Below are positions 50,184-63,114 of a stretch of 64,000 nt of DNA, piece by piece (position 1 is the stretch's first letter; every line of letters starts with the position of its first letter). A program made the translations under genes and the position numbers. Location: NCBI RefSeq assembly GCF_037042905.1, contig NC_087263.1, positions 11,286,001 to 11,350,000 on the forward strand, in the 5' to 3' direction. Below the pieces are notes generated by a model, which did no database searches, was not told the DNA's origin, and saw only the letters and a list, made by a program, of their open reading frames with translations. The DNA comes from Lytechinus pictus (lineage: Eukaryota).

Positions 50184-51760
50184 GACTAGTAATGGAATTT
50201 ACTATTCACTGATCGCTGGCGCCAGAAGGAACTGAACTCACAAAGCGCAACATTCAACGTTTCCATTATGATAACCAAGGGCTGAATTAAAGGTGTAATC
50301 CCTGTCGATGTCGTAGTGCAATATAGCTATTTTTCCAAGAATTTTAGTTTTTTTTTCATTTAAACTTATCACCGAATCGTAGAAACATGGGGACCCTAAA
50401 TTAGCTCACTCCCTGCTACTTTTGCAATCAAGCTATTTGAAAATGCAATTATAATCCGGGAGGATCGATGAATGAGCCCAACAAATTAATATCATAATTA
50501 TATTCCTCATGCTATTCCGCGTCACGTTGGTGTCGTCCTACGTCGATCTCAGTTATCTGATGTGGCTTTCCTGAAAGAAAAAAGATACAGTTAAGAATGT
50601 ATTATGCCTATTAGTGAAAATCGGTATTACTGCTGGAATTGAGAACAAAATTTAGAACTTGAATTCCATACTTTTGCAGCTATTCAGGAACGATCACTTT
50701 AATATGGGAAAAGGGAATGTTTGCCAGCATGATATCGTTGGTGAAAATGATGTTGAACATAATGACTCTGCATTTAATGAGAAACATTTTTACACTTTTA
50801 GAGACATGGTATTAACTAAAAGTCACATCTGAGTGACGCACGAAATGACTTTTCGATGTGTGTGTCCAATTATTGTTGGCTGAGCAAAACCACTGAGACA
50901 CAATACCGTTAAGTGTACATGAACATATGCATTACTCAACGAGTTATACATGTATATACCATTGCTCTCATTTTAATAATATTAATAACAGTTATAATAA
51001 TTACCTTAATGGCAAAATACTAATGACCCGACTACAATATACCGTAACAATTATTAATCACGTGTACTTTGGAGAGGTTTCCACGCCATAACTGTACCCC
51101 GCCGTACCCCGCCTAAGCAGTTTAAACAAATGTTGAATACTGCCGAAATGTGAATTCATAAGTGTGGTCAACACATTTCCCCTTTATTGCTAATGCTAAT
51201 AGTGAAACACCATTCAATCTTTAAATCTACACAAAAAATCCACATAATAAACATGACAGAAAACGCCGAACGAAGAAGAAGGAGTAAGTTCGAAAAGCAA
51301 CCTCACCTGGAATCGAGCAAAAAACACACAGAGTAAAATACGAACAGAAACGCCAAAGTAATCCCCATCATCAGCAGGCGTATATGGGAGGGTATTCTTA
51401 CTCGCTGGGCTTCAAAGTCCCATCTACATGGCCTAGGTTTCCGCATGTGTGGTGGCTGCTAGGATCCAGTAATGTGAAAAAGATGAAGTATATCCAGTCC
51501 TGCCTAAAATTCGAAATGTCATTCTGAAATGGAAATGCATCTATCCGATATATGGAGCCGCATGTAAGAGAATATAGCTACATCCCACTTAGGGAGATAG
51601 AGAGAACGGAAATTGCCCCAGGAGTCGACGTGAAAACCACCTAATGGCTTTAGTAACGTCCGCTTTAGCGAAATAAATGAACTCCACGAGTTTGGGTGAT
51701 GGCTTGCGGGCCGCCCAACGACTTGTTCTTTCAGTGCACGTACGGCGTTTGTCTGCTGTC
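50184..51760 (-). other. Probable spliced 5'UTR of the GPCR (intron 51306->50571)
   Basis: CAG/GTGAG donor at 51307/51306; TTTTTTCTTTCAG acceptor ending at 50571; TATA-like TTTATAT near 51790. The 5' limit is a guess. Confidence 0.55.
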
Positions 51761-51959
51761 TGTTGCATGTAGATTGTAATCCCTCATATAAATTGTTCAT
51801 TTGTGCGGAGAGTTCTCCGGGGAAACTTGGTGTTGTCTTATTTGGCAACGACAATTTAAAGGGGTTTTCCACACTAAACTATACCAGGTGAAATTTATTA
51901 GTCTATGCGAAGTGTTAGGAATGTATTATTCCAGTGGCGAAAAGTGCAACTCCCAACCC

Positions 51960-52216
51960 ACCGTATTCATACTGTTTATGATCAGGTCTCTTTTCTACAT
52001 CTCTCTCTTTCTTTCTTCTTCTCCGTTTGTCCTTTAATTTAATTATTACGCCATTGTTTGTTTTTAGTAAGCCTTTGTATATAGATTATTTTCATATTAG
52101 GAGATCGTTCTCAAGCTCTTAGAACTTCTGATGATTCTCTCATGTATGTATTCCCTGAATATATGTGTGTTAGGGTGTGTTTATATGTGTGAATTAAATC
52201 AATCAATCAAATCAAT
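51960..52216 (+). mobile_element. LINE 3'UTR remnant
   Basis: T-rich tract, stem-loop with CAAGC at 52100-52141 like those of the other two LINE copies, (AATC)n tail. Confidence 0.5.
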
Positions 52217-52779
52217 CTCCGACGTTCGTTGTCTCCCTCGCTCACAATAATAGCATGTTCGTAGCTGTATTAAAACTGATTATTAATAATGTTATATAAT
52301 TGGAAAATGATTTTGTTTTGTTCTTCAAAACAAATGTGTATAGACTATGCAGCTGAGAGTATACATATATGGCCGACTATTTTGTCCCGAGTTTAAAAAA
52401 AGAATAAATAATAATTTGATTTAAATTTTAATATGTTTTTAAATATTTGATTTTTTTTTTATTATTGCAAAATAAGGTGCACCGCATTAACAGGAAGATT
52501 TATAACTATGGAAAATAGTGTTAAACATGACAGACAATATTTAAAGGGAAATTTTACTTTGAAGACAGTCTTATACTTTGCTTCTGATGGAAGGAGAGCT
52601 ATAGCTCTTATTTTGAGGTATAATCACTAAGTTTTGAAGTTTAACGCGCAAAAATCAATATCGTTCATACAACGCGACAGTATTCATTGCCAAACACCGT
52701 GTGGCGCGCACCAGTGTGCTAAACACTTGTGTCATCCAACAATGGTCTGCGAAACACTTATATTCTACCCATCGAAAAC

Positions 52780-53000
52780 AATATTTTGCGTGGTGCCATC
52801 AATGTGATCGACAGCTTAGTCTGCAAAGTTAATGCAATATCTCGTGACATCAATAAATACAATGCAACATACACTTTAGATACTTTCCTAAGATCATGGT
52901 AAAAATAAATAACATAAAATAAAACTGGTCCCGACGTGATACCCTGTGGTATCACGTTAAATTATAATTTGACGCAAGCATTACTATGTTTTTAAAGCTA
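52780..53000 (-). pseudogene. Very degenerate reverse-transcriptase relic
   Basis: IPQGITSGPVLFYVIYFYHDL resembles the RT motif VPQGSILGPLLFILYMND. Confidence 0.5.
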
Positions 53001-53927
53001 ACCTGTTAAACGTTGAACATAATACAAATAAAAGATACCACCCTACATTGAGAGCTTTATTTAGTTCGTCCTAATCATCGGACTATTGGGCAACAGTTGG
53101 AGTATTACCGAAAGCCGATTATATATATATATATATGCATTTATTTATATATACAATAGATTGTACGCAATTCATATAATATATGCATATATATATATAT
53201 ATATTATATGAATCGCGTACAATATATTGTATAATATACTGGATTATGTTTACGGCCGAGGTAAATTAGACCTCTATTGATTTAAATGAACATTTTTAAT
53301 GGAGTGGAATTTACCTGTAACTGTGTAAAGGGTCAGAGTAATAATTGCTTTGACTGATAAAAACAACACACCAAGGTCCTTCAATATGCTGGTAGATATT
53401 ACAAATCATTACCATGATTGCTCGTCATTTTACTCTGCCACATTGCAGATATTGATAGCTTATAAATTGTTATGATCTAATAGCCGATAACTTGCAAGTT
53501 TGGACAGCAAATCAAATGTTCTATTAAAATTGCAGTTATAATTTACATTTTAAGGTAATGGTTATGATCTTTCTTTCCATCAACCTCGGTAAATTAAAAG
53601 AAATCGTGGTACGTTTCCATAAATAAGAGCAATATAGCGAGCGTAAATACGGAGACAACTTGCCTCTTCCTTCATTTGATAAAATATATAAGTAAACGCC
53701 ATGGGTAACATGCTTCCTGATATCCGACAAAATATTAATAATGAAGTATTTCAGTAATTTCGTGAATATTTCGATAATGATTCAGGAATTGTCGAATTAA
53801 AAGGCACAGAATATATGAGAATTGGCAAAGTAATATGTGTGGGGTTGGTGTTTATGAGATAGAAAGGAAGGAAAAAGGAGAGCATTCATAAAAAGAAGGA
53901 GAACATGTATAAAGAATGATGTAGGAT

Positions 53928-54053
53928 AGAGAGAATATATAAAGAGAGAGGGATATATTATTGTAATTGCTCTAAGCCATTTGAAAGCAAAGAGAGAATA
54001 TATAAAGAGAGAGGGATATAGTATTGTAATTGCTCTAAGCCATTTGAAAGCAA
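53928..54053. repeat. Tandem duplication, 2 x 63 bp
   Basis: AGAGAGAATATATAAAG...TTGAAAGCAA repeated with one mismatch. Confidence 0.95.
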
Positions 54054-57000
54054 AAGAAAAGGGGAAAAGGATCAACCGTCTCCTTTCATGTTCTGTCATT
54101 CCATTTTACTGACGTGCCTAGACAGATCGAAGGACTGCTTGCAGCAGGCGTAGTCCCATTTCACTTGCAATCTTTAGGATTACAGAGCACCTGCGGAAAC
54201 TGACAAGAAAATACTACTTTTCCCCGGCCATTGACGACACGAAAGTCAAAATTCAAACTGGCATCATATTGAAACATTGTACCGTCCACGAGAACGACAT
54301 TTTAGAGTCAATATAAGTCACATTCTGTTTGATTTCCATTACGAATAATTTGTTACGTTAATAAAAAAAAACACATCCGATATTAAGCAAGCGGATGAAG
54401 GTTAGAAATGTTTAATTTTCATGACAATGTAGATAATATTACATGCTTTATTCAAATAGTTAAATCACAATTGCGTTCTACGTAGGGCTAATGACGCTGT
54501 GTTATGCTACAATAGAATACAGATCCCGTATAGCAGAATTTCCCTACAACCGTTACACGATTGTTAAATGTAGTTACATATATTACTATCTATATTTTCT
54601 ATCCCCAGAAGTTCCCCTATAGTAATTTAGTCAGTCTAATTTACGCTGTATAATGGGCAAACATGTTATGTTTAACCCGTGCACTGTAATTCTAGATATA
54701 CAACCTCGCTTTATTATATCTTTAAATTTTACTAGAACGGCCTTATTCTGATAGGTCGGTTGATTGTGTTTTTATGAATAGTGTGATAAGGGCTTTAGAG
54801 TTGCGTCAACAGTAACACAACCCATAAATGCAGAAGGCTCACCCTTTTATTTTTAGTTCTCGTTCTTCAACGCTTGAAGAGAAACGAAACACAGGGGAGC
54901 TTCTTGCATCCCCATCACGCCTCCCGACCCTGATTGAATCATTGTTGGTATAATTGTCATCTTCCAAATATTGGCAACACTATTTTCTTGATCTGTTACT
55001 GCGTTTGTGTATGAATGCAATGTCCAATTTCATATTACCTCTGATCATATTATCGCAGGAATTCAATGTTGTATCTGATATACAGTAGCTGACTTTACCA
55101 ACCGCCCTTTCACACGGTAAAATAGATCGTAATTTGAATGATGATTGCAGTGAAAAATAAGGCTAATGAAGAATATTTATCACGTGTGAAACCCAACTAG
55201 AACATGATTACAATCACGAACGCGAATCACAGTCACGATTTCAATATAAATTATCATTACAATGATGATTCAAGATTCACGTGTGAAAAGGCCCAAGATC
55301 AATTGGAATGATGAGTATGAATAGACTTCGGTGCATTCCATGCAACGCCTCCGGGCTATACTCTTTCTTTTTTGTCCCACGTTAGTGTGCATGTGAATTG
55401 AGCACAATGTGTTTCGAGTTACTCACGACAATCCACTTGACTTTTCTCACTAACCTTGACATTATATATGTATTCAAGTTCTACATTGAGAATGAAATTA
55501 AAATGATACAGGCCCTAGTCGTGTGTCTGCAATAAACATTTTAAAGCATGTCATCTGAAGTTCATTTTGGTTGACAGGTGATAGAGTTGATTAAGCAAAC
55601 TGGAGAATGTCTGAATATACCTTTAAATGATCTCTGATACAATTCAGAATAAAAGAAAACTAGAGTTATGTATTCTCGGGTTTTTTTCATAAACATTAAC
55701 ATTTTTAATCTGCGGCCTATGTCATGCTATAGTCGAAAAATTAAAATATGCCATATTTATCTTTCATGATAATGAAGTTGATCATTAACTTAAAAATCGC
55801 ATCGTTCAGTCGATATGGGCATGTATGGGGTGATAAATTTCAGCTTGCGCTGGGTAGAAGAAAGGACAAAAGATACATTTCGAGTGAACACGGCAGCTGA
55901 AGATCAAATGAAGAAGTAAATACAACGAAGATTTCTTTTCTTCGAGGGGGAATGACACATGAATGATGGGGCTGGGTAAGGGAGGGAGACAATTGAAACG
56001 ATCAGAGGAAATAAGTACAGAAGTAGACATAGAATGTTTGAACCGAATGATTTACATCGAACATTTTAACTGCTAATAACATTTAGACTTTGGATTTTCC
56101 TCAAACATTCACCATTTTAAAGTATTATTTTCTCTGCTATTTTCGCAATTTACTTTTCGTCAGGGTGAAGTTCCCCTTTAAACTCGAAAGTTCCCAGAAG
56201 GAAACATAATTATATCTTTTGACATGTTGGAAGTTCGACATTATGCTCTGAATACTAACATCAGATTTAATTCCCAGTCCAGGATCGCATCACTACGATT
56301 TCAAATTGAATTTGCTTAATTCCTACAGGGAGGCTCGAAATAGGCTTGAATGTCGATATCAGTATTCATACAACTATTCGGAACTCTGGTCGTTAACATC
56401 TAATGGTTATAATAATCATATAGAATATTATCGAAATTTCTTTGTAAATCTGATGCAGTGGATCGTGTAGTGTGCGTTGGGATTTAGATGTCATATGATC
56501 ACGATTAACCCAGCTGTAAAGAACACAGTGTCACACTGCTAGTTTGATCACAATGTGTTCACAGAGTCGACTATGCGAAAATATCCGCACTGTTCACATA
56601 ATCAAATTCAGCGGTGTAAAATAAACTTCACACTGTGGCAATCTCTATGGTGGATGTTTACAGTGTGTTGGCATCAGTAGTTTCTGTGAATAATGTGATT
56701 CGCACTGATGAAATGCTCAATTTCAACACTGTGAAGGTGATTTCATAATAAATTCTGCACTGTAAACACACTGTGGAACACTGTTATTTCCAATAGGGTT
56801 CTTACGATCACATTGCCAATGCATCCGGGGTTATTCGTAAATCTCGCCCAGTGGTCATCATAAGTCTTTGTTATTAGCTTAGTTTTTTTTTGTTCAAAAT
56901 CAGACTCAAACTAGGGATTTCACGATTTCCGTCATGCATAATCATTGACGTACGAAGTGCCATATATAGCCAATGACATTTCCACTGACCGGTTTACAAA

Positions 57001-57552
57001 AAGGGCAAGAGATGGAAACCTTTAAAAAGCCATCGATATCGCTGCGCATTTGTTCATACGAAGTTGAAACTGCTAAATTGAAGGTATTTGATATGCACAC
57101 TGTGAGCAAAGCTTATGATCCTGATAGTACTAGCAATAACCATATTTCTAATGCGCACATATCCACTCCAAGGACTGCTTAAGACGTCTGACAATGCAAT
57201 ATACTTAACATAATAAACAACATTATACAAAAATTAAATCATACATTAACCAAAAAATACACTGTAGTTCACAGGGAGAGGGTGTTCATTACGGTATATT
57301 TAGTAATGGACATTATGAGACGCAAGATAGGTTTTCAAGTATGTTTGGAATGACTGAAGAGGGATGGGATTTGAACTGTGTGGGGAAGTGAGATGATATC
57401 TGCTATTGACCAAGGTTGGTATTTGCAACAGTAGTTTTAACGAGGGATGGATTAGCAATACTAATGATACTGAATCACGCATTGTACTTTGCAAGAAAAT
57501 ATTATCAATTTTTATTATTTGAAATACGCCCAGTATTATGGAGGGGCTTGAA

Positions 57553-57788
57553 CACAGCAAAAACTGTGGTGTTAACCGGTGTAAATAGAGGACCACACCA
57601 GTTATTTTACACCGGTGTTGAATTGGTGGTGTTAGTTTTACACCTATATGTGTCATTACAACACCTTTGGTTGTTATATTTACACGCTATGGTGTTATTT
57701 ATCTCTAGGGTGTAATTTTAACACCTCGGGGTGTGGTCTTCTATTAACACCAACTGGTGTCAGTTTTAACACCGCAGTGTTTACAGTG
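57553..57788. mobile_element. CAC-ended MITE with GGTGT/ACACC repeats
   Basis: CACAGCAAAAACTGTGGTGTTAA / TTAACACCGCAGTGTTTACAGTG. Confidence 0.65.
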
Positions 57789-58221
57789 AAGGTTTCAATA
57801 GAATTAGAATGTATGGTATTGTACATAATTATACGAGTATTAAAATATACTCAAGTCCATGACGGTTCATTTCGCGTACATCAAGAAAAGCAAAATGATT
57901 TTCTAATTGCCAATTCGGATTTTATTTTTAGTTTATCATTCATCCTAGACACTTCCGAATGACCTTCCATGATACTGAAATGTGCATGGGCTAATTTGCG
58001 AGCAACTGTGTCTTATGTTGAACTAATTTCGACTGACACCTTGGCATTAACAAGAGATGATCATTCGTATAGCGTGGAACGATTCGGTAGAGGTGTTGTG
58101 CATCCGTGAATAAGTCTTCGGACTTAAACCACAAGGTCCGGGGTTCTTATTGAACTTATTTCGACTGACACCTTGGCATATTAACAAGAGATGATCATTC
58201 TTATAGCATGGAACGATTCGG

Positions 58222-58490
58222 TAGAGGGGTTGTGCATCCGTGAATAAGTCTTCGGACTTAAACCACAAGGTCCGGGGTTCAAATCCCACCGCAGCACTCC
58301 TGTCCTTTGGCAAGGCGTTTATCTCCATTTGCCACTCTACATCGAGGTGTAGTAAATGGGCACCCAATAGGAAGGAATTCCTTGAATGCTCGATGAGCCC
58401 GATTAGGGTAGCCATGCTAAACCCGGTGTAATAGTATGCAGCGCTTAGAAACATTTGTATTAGGCGCTATACAAATGCCATTATTATTAT
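58222..58490 (+). mobile_element. tRNA-derived SINE (subfamily A)
   Basis: B-box GGTTCAAATCC, body shared with the 6735 copy, GCGCTATACAAAT plus ATT tail; head duplicated at ~58088-58146. Confidence 0.8.
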
Positions 58491-59997
58491 CATGGTTGAA
58501 TGCACTTGCTTTTACATACAGGCTTATTTCTCTTCATCCTACTATTTTGTTTTTACTCTTGTTAGGATCCTATACCTAATATAATGAATTCTTCAATGAA
58601 ATCTTACAAAACCAAAGTCCAGTAAGTAAGCACTTTGTGCTTATCTTCATTTATTACTTGTATTATGATTGCGATTTTACATGAGAGGTAAAGAATGTCC
58701 TTGTTTATTTGATTTTGTATACAGGTGTAGACTTACAAACAAAATACAAGTCATGCACATTATTTTAAATTCAAAAGCTTGTAAAATTAAAAGCTTATAA
58801 ATTTAATATGTCATTATTATAGGTTATTCATAATGCTAATAAAAGTAAAAGGAAGAGTCATACATTACTACTATAAGGTCTAGTGATGCCTCTTACTCTG
58901 TGTTAACCTTAATTAGAGACAAATGCTCATATTTAAGCTTTGGTCTGTAGCCTAGGCATGGTAGGAATATTTAATTTCAAACTAAGGAGTTTATTGTATT
59001 TCAGAATTATGATGGTCAAACCATCACAATTAAGTAAAAGCATATTTTATTCCTCATTATTATGCTTGCTGTTCTTCATGAGTGGTATAAATGGGTCTAT
59101 TTATATGAATTTAATTTTTTTTTATGTAATCATACTGTACATTGTAAAGGGCACAAAACAAGGCATATAATTAAAAAATTATTCTAGGACCTCAATACAT
59201 TTGATTAGTATTTTTATTTTGTACTATGGCTTGGTAATCTGATTTTGTTACTCCAATCTTTGATAAAAATATCTATTTGAAGATTAATCATTTTATGGGA
59301 AAGCAAAAGATAAATTGTTATTATGTTTAACTATGGGTGTTTTTGCTTCAACCCATTACATGTATGACGTACCACTGCAACTTCCATAAAGCACTCAGGC
59401 TTGACTGGTCTCTTATTTACAGGTGATAAACATTCCTAAGTGTAACTTACGCCATGACGATAGTCTGTAGCATTTACGCAGTAATGTACAACAATACTCT
59501 ACGTTTCACAAATGCCTTCTTAGTTAAATTATCTTCGTATTTTAGTAGGTTTTTCATTGTCAATGTGAGTAGCAAGTAGGATGAGATTCAATGTACAGAC
59601 TTCACTTCATTTTACTACTACATTATACAGTTAAATCTTAAAAGTACGTTTGTACAGCAGCTAGTGTTATAATTAGATATTAATATTAGGGCTAAATGCT
59701 TATAACATCAGTTCATCCTAACAGTTACGAGGGCAACTCTCGCAAAATTTTGTTTTTAGGCATACCATGTTTTTTTTTTTTTTTTTTTTTAATCCTGAAT
59801 TCAGGACCTAGCGCAGGTTATTCCACAAATGATATCGCTGCCAAACATGATTGTTTTGTTCCATGTTCTTGTTATCATGTCTTGTTTTTATTTTACCTTT
59901 TTATGTTTTTTGTCTGATTTTATTTCGTGTTATGCAGCTAGCCAACAATGTCTTACTTCCATATTTTGTTACAATTTATTGTCGAAATTAAACAGTT

Positions 59998-62900
59998 ATG
60001 AATACTGTAATGGCTGAATTACCCTTTGCTGAAACAAACGACCTTGACTTGGACATTTTGTTTAATTCGTTGCAAACTGTTGATCATAATCCTTTATATG
60101 ATACTGCATATGAAAATTATATCTCTGAAAACATTAATAAGAAATTTGATGAAATGCTGTTTGATTTTGATCCTAATGATATTCACGCTATAAATGAGTC
60201 TAAATACTATACTCAAAATCAATTTATCCGTATGTATAAAAGTACTATAAAAAACGATATGCATTTCTTGAATTTGAATATCCGAAGTTTAAGCAAAAAC
60301 TTTGAATATTTAACCTTACTGTTGGATAACATTGATGCCAGTAATTTCATTATCGGCCTTACGGAAACATGGTTGCATGACAAGCCTCACTCAGTATACT
60401 CTCTATCACATCATAATTTCGTATTTAATAATCGTACTAATAAGAGGGGAGGGGGTGTTGCAATGTACGTTCCTGATCATTTTAACTTTAATGTACTTAA
60501 TGACCTCAATATCATGAATGAAACTATGGAAGCAGTCTTCATTGAAATAGTTCTTGAAAACAAGAAAAACATTATTGTTGGAACCATTTATCGCCCACCT
60601 TCTTCTAGTCACCCCGAATTTCTACTCGAAATCCAGCACTTACTTGTTCATCCTCTCCTTCAAAATAAACATTGTATCTTTATGGGTGATTATAATGTTG
60701 ACATGATAAAATGTAAAGACAATCAGTTCTCTCGTGATTTTTTGGACACATTGCTTTCATACTCATTTATTCCTGCAATATCAAAACCTACACGGTTATC
60801 GTCACACTCTTGTTCTCTTATTGATAATATATTTGTAAATATTGATCATGTTAAGATAGAATCAGGTATTATACTCTCTGATATTTCGGACCATTGTCCA
60901 GTTTACTGCAAAATTGATAGTTTTTTAGGTACTACAAAACTACCTCCTCCTTCAAAAATGATAAGGAAATTTACGGTTCCTAAAATTGATAATTTAAAAG
61001 AGAAACTTGAAACTTCAAATTGGTCAGAGGTGTTGGATAATAATGATATTAACGGCTCCTATAATAATTTTAATAACATTCTAAAAGACGCCCTTGATGA
61101 ATGTATTCCATTGGAGAAGTGTAAGTTTTCAAATTACAAACACGAACCTCGTAACCCATGGGTTTCCAAGTCTATATTGAGATCCATTAACAGAAAAAAC
61201 AATATGTATTACAAACTTAGAGAAAATCCTACTCCAAAACGTCATGAGAAATATATTAGATATAAAAATACATTAACAAGAATTTTACGGATCGAGAAGA
61301 GGAAATATTATTGTAATCAGTTTGAAAAGAAAAGGTCCAACATAAAAGAAACATGGGGTATAATAAATAATGCTTTGAATAGGAGGAGTCTTATTAAAGA
61401 TATAACCCAAATTCGTGAGGGAAATAAAGTTTTAGATGAGAATGAATCAATATCCAATCACTTTAATGAATACTTTGCAAACATCGGACCAAATTTGGCT
61501 AAGAAAATTCCTAACATTGAAAAAAGTTTTCATAATTTTTTGAAGAACAAAAATCAGAATTCAATATTTTTTAATCCAACCAATTCATCAGAAATTTTAC
61601 GAATTGTAAAAAATATGAAAGATAAGCGAAGTATGGGACATGATGAAGTTAGTAATTTCTTGCTGAAACATATCATAAATGAAATTACTGAACCTCTAGA
61701 GCACATTTTTAATTTATCTATAAGTCAAGGTGTTGTACCGGATGCGATGAAAATCGCTAAAGTTATTCCGATATTGAAAAAAGGGGATCCTTTAGACTCC
61801 AATAATTATAGGCCAATATCACTGCTATCGTCAATTTCCAAAGTGTTAGAAAAACTTATTTTTGATCGTACTATGTCGTTCCTTGTAAGTAATAATGTTT
61901 TCGCAGATTCGCAATTTGGTTTCAGACAAAAACATTCCACGATACATGCAATTTTACAATTCATTAATCATGTTGCTTCCGCTAACGATGATCATTGTCA
62001 TACACTTGGAATATTTTTGGACCTCTCCAAGGCCTTCGATACCATTGACCATCAAATATTACTGCATAAACTCTTTCACTATGGTATTCGTGGAAAGGCC
62101 TTGGAGTGGTTTAGAAGCTATCTCATAGGAAGGTCTCAGTTCGTTTCTATTAAGGGTGTTAATTCGTCTTTTAAACAGCTACTTTGTGGTGTCCCTCAGG
62201 GATCTATCCTTGGACCTTTACTTTTTATTTTGTATATGAATGACTTTCAAAACTCTTCTCGAGTCCTGTCATTTACTTTATTCGCTGATGATTCTTCCGT
62301 TTTCTTTTCCCATAAAAATCCCAATATCCTATTAGAAACAGTTAATATTGAACTTAGACTTGTTGCAGAATGGATATGCGCAAATAAACTTTCCCTTAAC
62401 ATAAATAAAACTCAATGTATGTTTTTCAGTAATTCTATCTCACAGTTACCCGGTAATGTTTACATTAATAATACTGTTATAAATATAGTTGATTCGTTAA
62501 AATTTCTTGGTCTTATCATTGACAATAAACTTTCTTGGAAAGAGCATAATTTGAATTTAGGTAAAACGCTTGCGAGGAATGTTGGGGTAATCAATAAACT
62601 AAAATCGTCATTTCCTGTGCATATTTTAAAAGGTTTGTACTCAACACTTATCCTACCTTACCTGAACTACGGTATACTTGCATGGGGTAATTCGTTTAAT
62701 TACCAACTGGATAAATTGTTAATTCTTCAAAAACGGGTATTGCGAATAATTTGCCATTCTGACAGGTTAAGTCACACAAACATTTTATTTTTCAACAATA
62801 AAGTATTAAAGGTGCATGATTTATATAATTTCTTTTTAGGTTGTTTCATGTTTCAATTGAACTCAAATGCTCTTCCTCATGCTTTTACATCACTATTCCA

Positions 62901-63114
62901 AAAGAATCAACATTTGCATACTTACCCTACCCGACAGTCGTCATTCTTTCACTTGCATAGGTTGAGAACAGTACTTAGGAAAAGAACGATAGTATATACT
63001 GGTCCAGTTTATTGGAATTCCTTGGATATGACACTTAGGCAACTACAAAATTATAATATTTTCAAACATCACTTGAAAGCAAAGCTTCTTCTTCGATATA
63101 ATGAAACAAACTGA
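59998..63114 (+). CDS. LINE ORF2: apurinic-like endonuclease plus reverse transcriptase, 1038 aa, uninterrupted
   Basis: APE motifs NIRSL, GLTETWL, YRPP, GDYN, IDNIF, SDH; RT motifs YRPISLL, QFGFR, LDLSKAFD, GVPQGSILGPLLF, FADD. Confidence 0.97.
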   Translation: MNTVMAELPFAETNDLDLDILFNSLQTVDHNPLYDTAYENYISENINKKFDEMLFDFDPNDIHAINESKYYTQNQFIRMYKSTIKNDMHFLNLNIRSLSKNFEYLTLLLDNIDASNFIIGLTETWLHDKPHSVYSLSHHNFVFNNRTNKRGGGVAMYVPDHFNFNVLNDLNIMNETMEAVFIEIVLENKKNIIVGTIYRPPSSSHPEFLLEIQHLLVHPLLQNKHCIFMGDYNVDMIKCKDNQFSRDFLDTLLSYSFIPAISKPTRLSSHSCSLIDNIFVNIDHVKIESGIILSDISDHCPVYCKIDSFLGTTKLPPPSKMIRKFTVPKIDNLKEKLETSNWSEVLDNNDINGSYNNFNNILKDALDECIPLEKCKFSNYKHEPRNPWVSKSILRSINRKNNMYYKLRENPTPKRHEKYIRYKNTLTRILRIEKRKYYCNQFEKKRSNIKETWGIINNALNRRSLIKDITQIREGNKVLDENESISNHFNEYFANIGPNLAKKIPNIEKSFHNFLKNKNQNSIFFNPTNSSEILRIVKNMKDKRSMGHDEVSNFLLKHIINEITEPLEHIFNLSISQGVVPDAMKIAKVIPILKKGDPLDSNNYRPISLLSSISKVLEKLIFDRTMSFLVSNNVFADSQFGFRQKHSTIHAILQFINHVASANDDHCHTLGIFLDLSKAFDTIDHQILLHKLFHYGIRGKALEWFRSYLIGRSQFVSIKGVNSSFKQLLCGVPQGSILGPLLFILYMNDFQNSSRVLSFTLFADDSSVFFSHKNPNILLETVNIELRLVAEWICANKLSLNINKTQCMFFSNSISQLPGNVYINNTVINIVDSLKFLGLIIDNKLSWKEHNLNLGKTLARNVGVINKLKSSFPVHILKGLYSTLILPYLNYGILAWGNSFNYQLDKLLILQKRVLRIICHSDRLSHTNILFFNNKVLKVHDLYNFFLGCFMFQLNSNALPHAFTSLFQKNQHLHTYPTRQSSFFHLHRLRTVLRKRTIVYTGPVYWNSLDMTLRQLQNYNIFKHHLKAKLLLRYNETN

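Noticed and set aside
51519..51872. 117-aa minus-strand ORF upstream of the GPCR
   Set aside because: Non-ATG start, no recognisable domain, and it spans the presumed promoter/first exon
58805..58811. AATATGT as left TSD of the large LINE
   Set aside because: Short AT-rich match expected by chance; cannot fix the 5' boundary
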